Shown here: positions 38,877 through 48,432 of the stretch, piece by piece
How positions within the stretch are numbered: the first letter of the stretch is position 1
Layout: each line of letters starts with the position of its first letter
IMG/VR virus record: IMGVR_UViG_3300025154_000071
Coordinates: 1-64,000 of that record
Direction: 5' to 3' (one strand)
DNA: 64,000 nucleotides
Origin: a virus
Lineage: Duplodnaviria > Caudoviricetes
Notes under the pieces: model-generated
Seen by the model: only the letters and a program-made list of their open reading frames with translations
Told to the model about the DNA's origin: nothing
The model's database searches: none
Made by a program: the position numbers and the translations under genes

Positions 38877-39822
38877 CTATCTCAATGCTTTTATTTTTCG
38901 CAACAATCTTTCTATAAATGTTTTTGGCTTTATTATATATTGTTTAGGGTTATGAAACCAGTAATCTAAGCCTATTTTTTGACATTCTGTACAAAACCAT
39001 GAACTTGTTTTGCTTTGCTCGATTTGTTCTGCCGTCATGTCGATTATTTTTCCAAGAGGCGCAAAATTAGACGCGCAGCAACAAAGTAAAAGTTCGCCTT
39101 TGGTGTTTATCGCCAAAATTTTTGATTGTGGGCATTTGTAGTCCACGGGGCGTTGCTTAACAAGCTCCTCAATGTAGTCAAGAAATGGGCCTGTTACATC
39201 TTTTGATTTTAAATCGGCGCCAGTTAAAAAATCATACGCCATAACGAAGTCATTGAAATAGGCGTAAGTAGGCGAAAATACATAGCCTCTTTTCTTGGCC
39301 CACTCTGCCGCCGGCTCAATCTCATCTAAATTAAACTGATAAACATGATACGAGATTTGCACATAACCGTTAAAGCCAAATCCGCGACAAGTTGTAACTA
39401 TCTTTTCAATGTTTTTGATGACCTTTTCAAAATCAAAATCATGCACACGGTCATAAGACTTTTGTGAAAATCCAGGCAAAGAGAAAACTATCCCTTGTAA
39501 TAACTTCATTGCCCCGATCTGGCTTTCAAAAAGTTTCAAAGGCATTGAGCCATTTGTACTTATTATAAAAGGCGTTTGATTGTCGCTTAAGCTCTCACAA
39601 ATATTACCGAAATAAGGGCTAGTCATAGGTTCTGCCCAGTTATAAAGGTGGATGACGGTTTTATTGTCTATTACTTTTTGTGCTTTTAGATGTTCGATAA
39701 TTTCATTTAATCGGTTACTCGGCATTGAAATCTGTTGTTCTTTTTTTGCTATTGCCAGTAGAGCACCACGGGCATTGGGCATTACAAAAATTAGTAATAT
39801 CTATGTTTATTTGCCTATACAT
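38877..39822 (-). pseudogene. Radical SAM/SPASM-twitch protein interrupted by a +1 frameshift
   Basis: ATG at 39822 encodes DITNFCNAQCPWC but stops at 39715; the other frame carries NWAEP, STNG, C..LAIN..G...CC, C..C. A7 run at 39741-39747. Confidence 0.8.
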
Positions 39823-40318
39823 CTTTCACTCGCTTTCTCTGCGCCAAAATATGGCATTTAATTTTATTTAAACAACATCCTGTTTCCTTGGCCTCATTTT
39901 GAGCTTTGCCCTCTTCGCTGAAAGCGGTTATCAAGTCGCCATCGGTATCTGTAAGCACATAAATATCCAATTCGTTTGTATTTGTCGGCCTTTGTTCAAT
40001 CTCGGCCTTGAGTTCTTCCTTCTCTTTTTGCAAAATATCAACCTCGTCAATAAGAGCATCGATGTATTCATCTTCGCTGATATATCTTATTGGCTCGCTT
40101 TTTAGTTTATCAAGCTCGGCCTTGAGGCGGGCGATTTCGTCTTTGTACTCCGCTATTCTTTTACCTTTGCGTAAAACAGCATCAGTTAACTTTTCAATAT
40201 CCGAGGCCATGCGCTCGGCGGCTTCATTTATTTCATGTATTACATCGTTATATTCCCCATTTGACGGCTCCCATATATATTTATTTTTATCTTTTATTAT
40301 AGCAAGATTTTTGTTCAT
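39815..40318 (-). CDS. Coiled-coil hypothetical protein
   Basis: Heptad-rich; overlapping stop/start junctions. Confidence 0.6.
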   Translation of the reverse strand: MNKNLAIIKDKNKYIWEPSNGEYNDVIHEINEAAERMASDIEKLTDAVLRKGKRIAEYKDEIARLKAELDKLKSEPIRYISEDEYIDALIDEVDILQKEKEELKAEIEQRPTNTNELDIYVLTDTDGDLITAFSEEGKAQNEAKETGCCLNKIKCHILAQRKRVKDV

Positions 40319-40602
40319 ATTTCCTCACTGTCCTTCATTATCTTTACAAGTGCTTCTTTATAATCAATACTATCGCCATTGACAAAATATTTCTCTTTAT
40401 CTATTAACTCTTGAATGCTATCTCTTATAAATTCTAACTGTTCAATCTTTTCTTCTTTCTTCCAATACTTAAACATTTCTGTGGCTTCTTTTTCTATTTG
40501 TGACTCAAGTATATCTATCACATCATCTTCGTTCTCTTCAACTATATTTTTAAGATTAAGCCTATTACCACACTCCGGGCATTCTACTATGTTATATTTC
40601 AT
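40315..40602 (-). CDS. Zn-ribbon acidic protein
   Basis: CPECG; ATGA overlap. Confidence 0.55.
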   Translation of the reverse strand: MKYNIVECPECGNRLNLKNIVEENEDDVIDILESQIEKEATEMFKYWKKEEKIEQLEFIRDSIQELIDKEKYFVNGDSIDYKEALVKIMKDSEEI

Positions 40603-41563
40603 AATGATTTACTCTCCTTCTGCATATTTCATAAACATCGTTTAGTTTCCAATCTTTTTTCGGCAACTGTATTTTATACTTCATGCCATGATCTAATTTA
40701 AATAAAGATTTCAAATCATAAGTGTTGCTCGCTACTCTTATAAATGTTGAGTTCTCAACGATAGCTATCTTATATCCATAGTTATAACATCTACTAAATA
40801 TATATGTTAAGTCTGCATTGCAAACATTATCAGAGTTAAAAACAATAACATCAGTATTATTGACATCGCTAATTAATAATACGTCCTGGCCGCTTGTTAT
40901 CTTTCTATTAGCAGGCGCTATTACCTCATCATATTTATCCACTATTGCCATAAGTTCTTTATAAATCTTGCCTTTAGCGAAATTAGCCTTAGCTAAGTTA
41001 ACCATAAGTTCAAGTAACTGTATCGATGTGCCATTAAGCCTTGATATATATACTGCCTTATGAAAGTTAGTTGCTAACTGGTCGCTATAGAATGAAGCTG
41101 TATCGCATTTAATAGCAATATCAGTTAATCTATATTTCTGCTTATCGTTAAGAAAATTACCAGCACATAATAACGCTGCCGATATGATCCCATCTGCATC
41201 TGTACCGAAGCATACAAGATTACGAGATAGCTTTTCAAACTTCATATCCTTAATGATTTCAGCACAGCTTCTTGTATCTCTTAGCACTAAATTATTAGAT
41301 GCATTATATTTAATAACTGCCTCAGCGCTCCAATTCTCGAAATGATGGTCAACCCATAATATATTCTGACTGGAACGCATATACTTATCGATTATGCCAT
41401 ATGTTGCTTGCGGGTCATGAAAATCTGGCCCAACGTCCAGAACATATATATCCGTGAACCTATTATTAACTCTATCGTTTAGTATCTTGCGTATTGTCCC
41501 GTTGCATACAGGCATTAGAACAATGTGTGTGTCAACCTCCCATGATTTATTTTTTAATTTCAT
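40592..41563 (-). CDS. DHH-family phosphoesterase with permuted motif order
   Basis: IYVLDVG, WVDHH, SCAE, then TDADGIISAALL, then IAIKCD. Confidence 0.75.
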   Translation of the reverse strand: MKLKNKSWEVDTHIVLMPVCNGTIRKILNDRVNNRFTDIYVLDVGPDFHDPQATYGIIDKYMRSSQNILWVDHHFENWSAEAVIKYNASNNLVLRDTRSCAEIIKDMKFEKLSRNLVCFGTDADGIISAALLCAGNFLNDKQKYRLTDIAIKCDTASFYSDQLATNFHKAVYISRLNGTSIQLLELMVNLAKANFAKGKIYKELMAIVDKYDEVIAPANRKITSGQDVLLISDVNNTDVIVFNSDNVCNADLTYIFSRCYNYGYKIAIVENSTFIRVASNTYDLKSLFKLDHGMKYKIQLPKKDWKLNDVYEICRRRVNHYEI

Positions 41564-44500
41564 CTTTATTTTTCTCCTCTTTATTCGAAAATGCAGCAGG
41601 GCATAGATCTCTCATCTTATTATATAACGCTCTTGAAATCATTATATCAGTGTCCTTTAGTCTAGGCATTTGTTTTATATCAATAACTATTAATCTATAG
41701 CCGGCTAATGCGCTAATCAATGGGAATATAGGCATATCTTCTTTATTCATCATTCGGCTCCTTATCTTTTAAGTCTATTCCAATTTCAATAATTTCAGCG
41801 TCTCGATTATCTTTAAGACTATCGTCTGCTTTGCTAAGTATTTCCTTACTGTGTTTCTCATAATATCCATTCACCTTTCTCTTATATTCACGCTGTTGTA
41901 CCTTATATTCTTCTGGATGATCTTTCTTCCATTTGGCTGATGTCTTTTTAGAGGCACCTGGAGTTTTTTTCTGATAATCTAATGCAGATTTGATATGGTC
42001 TTTTGCATACTGTTCTATATAAGTTTCTAATTGATTGCACAGATCGTCTTTGGTAAGTGCCTCGTGTGTCCTATATTCTTGTATAATGCTTCTGATGTCT
42101 TTTATTAATCCCATGATTACTCCTTATTTATTATTAACTTATATCCATTAGTAGTATAAATAGCGGTCCAGCCTTGTTCGATGATATAATCCTTTACAAT
42201 ATTTGCAATTTGTTCTTCGGAGTCGGCGCGACCCATAATATTATTTAATGCTTTCCCAGAATTATCCGATGATGGAACAAGTTTAATTGTTAATAACTTC
42301 GCTATTCTTTTTGGTGTTTCATGTGATAATATCCATTCTGTATATTCTGGCGCAATTTTGTGTAATGCCCATGCTTTATAATGATATGGTGCTTTCTCAT
42401 AAGTCGCATAAAATGATAACCATGATTTACGATATTTTCTCATTAATTTTCTACACCATATTATACCATCAAAACAAGCACCTGCCTGTTCTAATATTGC
42501 GTTGGTTAATATTAATTTATTTTTCATTTTATTTCTCCTTATTCTTTTTTTTACTTACACATTTTGCTAACATATCATTAGCCCATTTTATCTCTTCATT
42601 GAGAATCTCTATTCTTTTATAATATTGACTTGTTGTTTTTTCATGTTCAGATTCTTGAATAGATATAAGTTGCTTTGTTTTGTCTTTTATTTTTTTTATA
42701 TCATCCTTTATTCGTAATGGATTTTCTAATATCTCTCTACGAAAATGTAAACAGTTTGCTTTTATTTTATTGATACAATCCAATAAAGAATCACCTAATT
42801 CTATGCAATCATTGCAGTATTGATAATATTCTTCGTTGCCTTCTTTATAATTTATGATATAATCAAAATTACTATAGCATATAAATCCGAATGAATCTTC
42901 TTTTATATTATACACTATCTCGGCATATTGGCTAATACCATAAATTATTTTGCCGACATCAACAAAAAACTCATCAAAATCATGGTCTTGTTTCATTATC
43001 ATCTTATTTACTCCTTCCCATCTCGCTCTACTTGTACTTGAAATATCAACTTTCTTTCGCTATCATTCGCTGTTACCCATATAGATGAAAAATCTGTTAT
43101 ATCTACCAATACTTCTGCTGCCTTAGATATATCTACGCATTGTTGGGTTAGGCCACTTTTTACTTTTAAAGTCAATTTATGCATAAATACCTCTTTTCTG
43201 TCTCTTATAATCATTAACTCTACACTGTAATCTCACCAATGCCTGTTCGAGCGTTTTCATCGATATTTTTCTTTTGCCTTTTGTTATTAATACCCTTGGA
43301 TATGTTTCGCAATATAATATAGAATTACTTACATCATTCAGATCAAGAAATATCAGTTCATAGTTGCCTTCAAAAAAATCAAAATCTAACAATGGGCTGT
43401 TGCCTTCTCTTTCGTTTGCTTCTTTTAATAAATTTTGTTTCATTTCGTTTGTTATAACTAAGGTATCTATTCTCATTTTTTATCGCTCCTTTTATTTTAA
43501 TAATTCAATTTTTCTAACACAATAAACTCGTGTTATTCCATCAAGATTTGTTACTTTAACCTCAAGTCCCCATATTTGTGGTTCCATACATTCTACTGAT
43601 TTGGTGCTTTCGTCGGTATAAATAATACCTCCATCACAAAGAATTAGTTTTAATTTTAGAGAAAATGTATTCATATTAATTCCCCCTCAAGTTCTGGTTC
43701 TTGGGGATGCAATATTTTATTTAATTCTTCGTCATCGATATTAATATCTACAATATTTAAATAGTCAAAACTACTATCCTCTCTATATTCAAAAATTTTA
43801 TCATATAAAAGATCAGAATTAGCATCAAATGCATACTCGTCTTGCACTTCCAATGCTTCTGGCGCATATTGGTCATCATACATACAATGCCTTCGACCAA
43901 ATAAAACTTTAATTTTCATTCTATTTCCTCCTGTATGTTTTTCTTATAGTCTAATAATGCAATACTTAACTTCGATCCTTTTTTATTATCTCGTATTATT
44001 ATATCGAGTTCCATTATTGTCTTTTCCCTTGCCCAGGTATATCCCTTTTGGAAACCATGTCCATATTCTGTTATCCCAGTAATGATAAAATTCTTCATTC
44101 TCTCTACACCTCATATTTACCCGTTCCTCTGCATGCACCGCATTTTATGTGTCTTCCCCATCTATCTAAATTATCATACCAACCCGAACCATTACAAGCA
44201 CAACATCTTTCTTCAACAATTTCTGTATTTAAAATATATTCTTTAACGCTAAATACATCCTCTTTGCCGCATTCTTCCAGTCTTTTTAAATTTAATTCTA
44301 ATGTCCTGTTTTCTGCCAATATTTTAGATTTAAATAATTCAATAACTTCTTCGTATGAATATGTGTAATTATCTGAAAAACTTTCCGTTACAGCATAAAT
44401 TTTCATTTTAAATGTTCCTTTTTATTCTTTTTGTCAAAATATGAAGGGCTTATTTCTTTAATCGCAGCAACAAGTCCATCAAGTTTACATTTGTCGCATA

Positions 44501-44759
44501 ATATTGATTGATCTGGAGGATAATCACAAGAATCAACACTATATATTTTTACCATAAATCTTCTAACGGTATCTGCATATTCTCCATCAATTGTCCTTAT
44601 AGCCCTAAGATTGTCTAAGTTCGGGGTAACCAACATAACGTCTATTTCTTTATCACACCTTGAACAAATTATTCGATACTTAGTTTCTGTAATTATTCCC
44701 ATATTTATTCTCCTTTTTTTATTTCTACCAACATCCATTACTCTGTATTTGTATTTCAA
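41547..44759 (-). other. Run of short co-oriented hypothetical ORFs
   Basis: 41547-41753, 41743-42114, 42117-42527, 42529-43002, 43008-43214, 43177-43476, 43492-43674, 43671-43919, 43916-44098, 44104-44406, 44403-44759; most have an AGGAG RBS or overlapping junctions. Confidence 0.65.
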
Positions 44760-44907
44760 AGATTAATTTTTTGTTACTATCGTTTGTAGTTATAATTATG
44801 TCGTTTAAGTCTTTAATGTTTACAATTATCTCGCCTGCCTTAGAAACGTCTATAGACTGTTGGTTTTGTTCGCCTATTATTGTTAAAATCATTCATGCCT
44901 CCTTATT

Positions 44908-46710
44908 TTATTTCGGTCCCGCCCTTAGATACATTTCTTTATCAAATTCTTCATTCAACTCCTTTACTTTAAAATTATCAAATACCACAGGAAACATTGC
45001 CTTACCTTGTGTTATAAAGAAGAACTCTTCGCCTGTATCTTGATTATAAAACATACATTTGACATCATCATCGATTACATATGTTTTTTTAGCCGCCTCT
45101 ATACCAAGGTTATTAACAATAGATTTGCACGATAACGTCGATACTGTTACTGTGCAATTTAATAGTTTACGCGCTATTGCTTCTGCTTGTTTAAGCGTTT
45201 GTTCGTTATATTCTGGCATAACATAGTAGCTGATTTCGTTATGCCCTATAAACTGCTGTGCTAATTCCTTTGATGTTTCAGCGAAAGATGTAGGTACATC
45301 TTCAATAAATACCTTTTGAATTAATCCAAGTTGACCAAGCAGATTAAACAATCTATTCGCTGTGCCTTTATCTTTGCCTATGATTGAACCGAAGTATCTA
45401 TTCGACAAGAATGTAAGTGCTTTTCCTTTATAATATAATTCCACTGGCTGTGATTTATCGATCTGATATTTAATAAGATCGTGTATTGTGCTTTTGTTCT
45501 TCTTAAGTAATTTATTAATAGCAGGATAATCAGCGCCATTTAAATCAAACCATGTGTTCTGATCGCCTATAAGTTTATTTATCTCGCGATAATACTCTTC
45601 ATTGCCTGTAAATATTTTAACCACAGAGCATAACTGCTTAACAAAATCAGATACGCTCACATTACATAACTTGCAAATCATCTGTATGTTATTTAAGGAT
45701 TTACCATGCATAGAGCAATTGCTGCTATGGCAATAAAACAACCAACTATTATCAAAGCCGCGATAAACAACTGCGCTCTCCTTTCTATCTTCATGGAAGA
45801 TACACTTAACCGACTTAGACGCACCCAAGTCAAACATATTATTCATATCAAGACTATTAATATATAAAAATAAATCTTGATTACTCTTAAACATATACTT
45901 ATCTCTTATCTTATTATATTCTATATCTTCTATTATATTATCTTGTATATAAGATATATATGTAGATATAGATATAGGAGAGGGGGAGATAGGGGTATTA
46001 CTTTCATTATTATTGTTGGTTTTTTTTAAAGGCTCATTTTTACTGCTATTTTCAGAGGGGATAAATCTTGAGGTTAAAGATTCGAAGATTTCATCTTTAA
46101 TCATAGGTTGGTTGTTAAAGTTAACCAATGTAACTTCAACTGGATTGTTAATGTCTTTATTATGGAAAGACCCAGGCAAACGTATTGGATGATTAGGCGT
46201 TGATACAGCCCTATCTAAAATTAAGCCGGTGTCGAATCGGATTATATTCGCAATGGCACCCCAAACGTCCTTGTATGAAGTTTTAGATAGGTCTGTAACT
46301 TGAATATATCCATGCGGGCCTCCGACCGAATTAACTATGCAGTTAAATCTGATCGGACATGAATTAGAAGATGCGTATTTGATAAGCACATTGGATATGT
46401 CAACGCCCGATTTGTAGGTGGGATTATCTTTAAGATCGATATCGAAGAATAGATTAGAATAATCTAAGATATCGTTTTGTTTGCGTGATGTTGTTTTGTT
46501 CGGAATAAGATAAATGCCCTCGCCATTTGACTGAGCCTTATCCATACGAAGAAAAAGAGAATCAGATAGCGGTTCAGCCCAAGCGCCAGTGATGTTTGAG
46601 CCAATTCCATGCTGAAACTGAATCCGGAATTCGGATAAATTTATTTTATTTATGAAATTTTTTATTGATTCCCTATTGACATGCAATGGGATTTGTGTTA
46701 AGATAATCAT
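44908..46710 (-). CDS. Replication protein with RepB-type primase domain, Zn-finger-like module and helical C-terminus
   Basis: GIYLIPN, FFDID, S.GG.HGY, D.AV..P.HP.RLPGSFH.K; C.FHED...SA...CH...C. Confidence 0.75.
   Translation of the reverse strand: MIILTQIPLHVNRESIKNFINKINLSEFRIQFQHGIGSNITGAWAEPLSDSLFLRMDKAQSNGEGIYLIPNKTTSRKQNDILDYSNLFFDIDLKDNPTYKSGVDISNVLIKYASSNSCPIRFNCIVNSVGGPHGYIQVTDLSKTSYKDVWGAIANIIRFDTGLILDRAVSTPNHPIRLPGSFHNKDINNPVEVTLVNFNNQPMIKDEIFESLTSRFIPSENSSKNEPLKKTNNNNESNTPISPSPISISTYISYIQDNIIEDIEYNKIRDKYMFKSNQDLFLYINSLDMNNMFDLGASKSVKCIFHEDRKESAVVYRGFDNSWLFYCHSSNCSMHGKSLNNIQMICKLCNVSVSDFVKQLCSVVKIFTGNEEYYREINKLIGDQNTWFDLNGADYPAINKLLKKNKSTIHDLIKYQIDKSQPVELYYKGKALTFLSNRYFGSIIGKDKGTANRLFNLLGQLGLIQKVFIEDVPTSFAETSKELAQQFIGHNEISYYVMPEYNEQTLKQAEAIARKLLNCTVTVSTLSCKSIVNNLGIEAAKKTYVIDDDVKCMFYNQDTGEEFFFITQGKAMFPVVFDNFKVKELNEEFDKEMYLRAGPK
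46676..46704 (+). promoter_or_regulatory. Antisense sigma70 promoter inside the first codons of rep
   Basis: TTGACA-17 bp-TAAGAT with TG extension. Confidence 0.7.
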
Positions 46711-46764
46711 TGTAACTTTACCAATGGCGCTCTAAAGACCGTAAATCTTTAGGGCGTTTTTTTT
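46711..46764 (+). ncRNA. Putative counter-transcribed antisense RNA (~55 nt)
   Basis: Bounded by the 46676 promoter and a plus-strand intrinsic terminator (stem 46727-46757, T8 to 46764); fully complementary to the rep leader. Confidence 0.6.
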
Positions 46765-46796
46765 CCTTTCTCTTAAATGTCAAAAAACATAAATTT

Positions 46797-46825
46797 ATTT
46801 TAACATATTTTTGGGTTGATGTCAA
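46797..46825 (-). promoter_or_regulatory. sigma70 promoter of rep
   Basis: TTGACA-17 bp-TAAAAT with TG extension. Confidence 0.8.
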
Positions 46826-46855
46826 GAGATTTCCTGGATCGGTTGAGGGCTTGGA

Positions 46856-47301
46856 CTAACCCCTCCCGTCCTTCAAGGCAACCTGAATCTCTTCTTCATA
46901 ATCAGAAGAATCTTTAACGCATTCTATGCTCCCTGATTCGCCAGTTACGTAATTATCGTAATAAATTGAGCCATCTTCAAGCCCCCATATTTCGGTATCA
47001 GGGCTTAATTTTCTTAGCTGTTTAATTAAGCTGGCCACTGTTCTATTGTTCATGTTCTCTCCTTATATTTTCTAAAGATACATAGATGTCCTTCCTCTGA
47101 TATTTCAATACGGTCTATTTCTATATCGTATCCTTCTTGCACTAAGGACTGATTTAAAATTTTATGTAAATTGTCCTTATATATAAACAATGTGTCCGAT
47201 GGCATTGTGTCTATTGATTTAAGTGGCTTTTCGATATATTTATTTTGCCACATGACTCCATCTTCATCTGGGCCTTCATCCCAATCTTTAAACATTCTCA
47301 T
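46856..47301 (-). other. Two small hypothetical ORFs
   Basis: 46856-47053 and 47050-47301, ATGA-coupled. Confidence 0.55.
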
Positions 47302-47302
47302 A

Positions 47303-47764
47303 TTATTTCCTCGCTATATTACTTCCAAATCCATAATTAGGATACTGTCTGATGTTATGTATGTATGCTATCTTCTCCACATGAACATACTTAGGCAATT
47401 GATATGTCTGTTGCTTGTATAAACATGCTACGTCGATTCTGGCGCCCTTTATAGCACGGCCAACATCACATGCTACGAATATAATATCAGGAAACTCTTT
47501 AATTCGTAATACCGTCCCTGACTTGATAATTTTTGGATCGGTGGCGATAGATACATAACTGCCAAACATATAGTTTTGAAGGGGGCGCAATAGATTCCCG
47601 TATCTATCTTTACGCCCGCCTTCCATCTTTAATTCTGCCTTTGTTTTTATTCCTTCGATATAATATCCCGTTGCCCTTAACTTAATCTCATTTGATGCAT
47701 AAGAAAATGTGCTGCAAAACGTGCTAAGAAAAAGTGCTACTACAATAATAACTACTTTCTTCAA
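47303..47764 (-). CDS. Exported 3D (Asp-Asp-Asp) domain protein
   Basis: Signal peptide ending SYA|S; ATGY, IATDP..I..GT, ACDVGRAIKGARIDV. Confidence 0.85.
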   Translation of the reverse strand: MKKVVIIVVALFLSTFCSTFSYASNEIKLRATGYYIEGIKTKAELKMEGGRKDRYGNLLRPLQNYMFGSYVSIATDPKIIKSGTVLRIKEFPDIIFVACDVGRAIKGARIDVACLYKQQTYQLPKYVHVEKIAYIHNIRQYPNYGFGSNIARK

Positions 47765-47805
47765 ACTATTACCTCACTTTGCATTAAATTGACAGGCTAA
47801 GAGAT

Positions 47806-47834
47806 ATTATATCATACTTTTATGAATATGTCAA
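47806..47834 (-). promoter_or_regulatory. Consensus sigma70 promoter
   Basis: TTGACA-17 bp-TATAAT with TG extension. Confidence 0.85.
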
Positions 47835-47844
47835 GTATTTTATT

Positions 47845-48432
47845 TTAGTGCATCTCGAAGATTACAGATGAGCCATTCAGTGCTTCAAAGCAAAAGCCAC
47901 ATGTAGAACAGTTGCCTTCGCATTTAAAGCCTTCATATTTATCAGTATCACCTTTATTCACTGTTCTCGCTGTTGATAGTCTATGTATATTTGGTATTCT
48001 ATTATCCAGCCATATGCTGAAGAATATATTAAGATTAGGTGGAAGTGTCTGTTCCTTTAAATAAAAGTTTACAATACCATACATTTTTGTAAAGCATAGA
48101 AATTTAGTATTAGGGTATTCTTCTGCTATTTGAACCATATCGTTAAAGTATTCTTGATTTAATATATCGCCAGATACATGCCACCTAAAATAGTTAGGAC
48201 TCTTTTTGCTTACATATTCTTTTATTTCCTTAAAATATTTATAATGATTTGTCGTTACCATTATATAGTTATTATCGTAAGCTGCTTTAGTTTGTTTATA
48301 TTGTCTATATGCTTGATTCGCATAGCATTTAGACGCACAATCTTTGCAATTGCCACATGATTTGATAGGTGGCAATGATACGCTTGGTATCTTGCCCATT
48401 TTAGTATTACCGATTGATATTTTTACTTTCAT
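47845..48432 (-). CDS. Phage Gp88-like Fe-S protein
   Basis: GN.KMG, S.SLP...SC..C..C...CYA, FRWHVSGD, FTK, LPPNL, C...C..C..C. Confidence 0.75.
   Translation of the reverse strand: MKVKISIGNTKMGKIPSVSLPPIKSCGNCKDCASKCYANQAYRQYKQTKAAYDNNYIMVTTNHYKYFKEIKEYVSKKSPNYFRWHVSGDILNQEYFNDMVQIAEEYPNTKFLCFTKMYGIVNFYLKEQTLPPNLNIFFSIWLDNRIPNIHRLSTARTVNKGDTDKYEGFKCEGNCSTCGFCFEALNGSSVIFEMH

Noticed and set aside
47789-47817. Plus-strand TTGACA as a second antisense promoter
   Set aside because: No acceptable -10 at 16-18 bp spacing.
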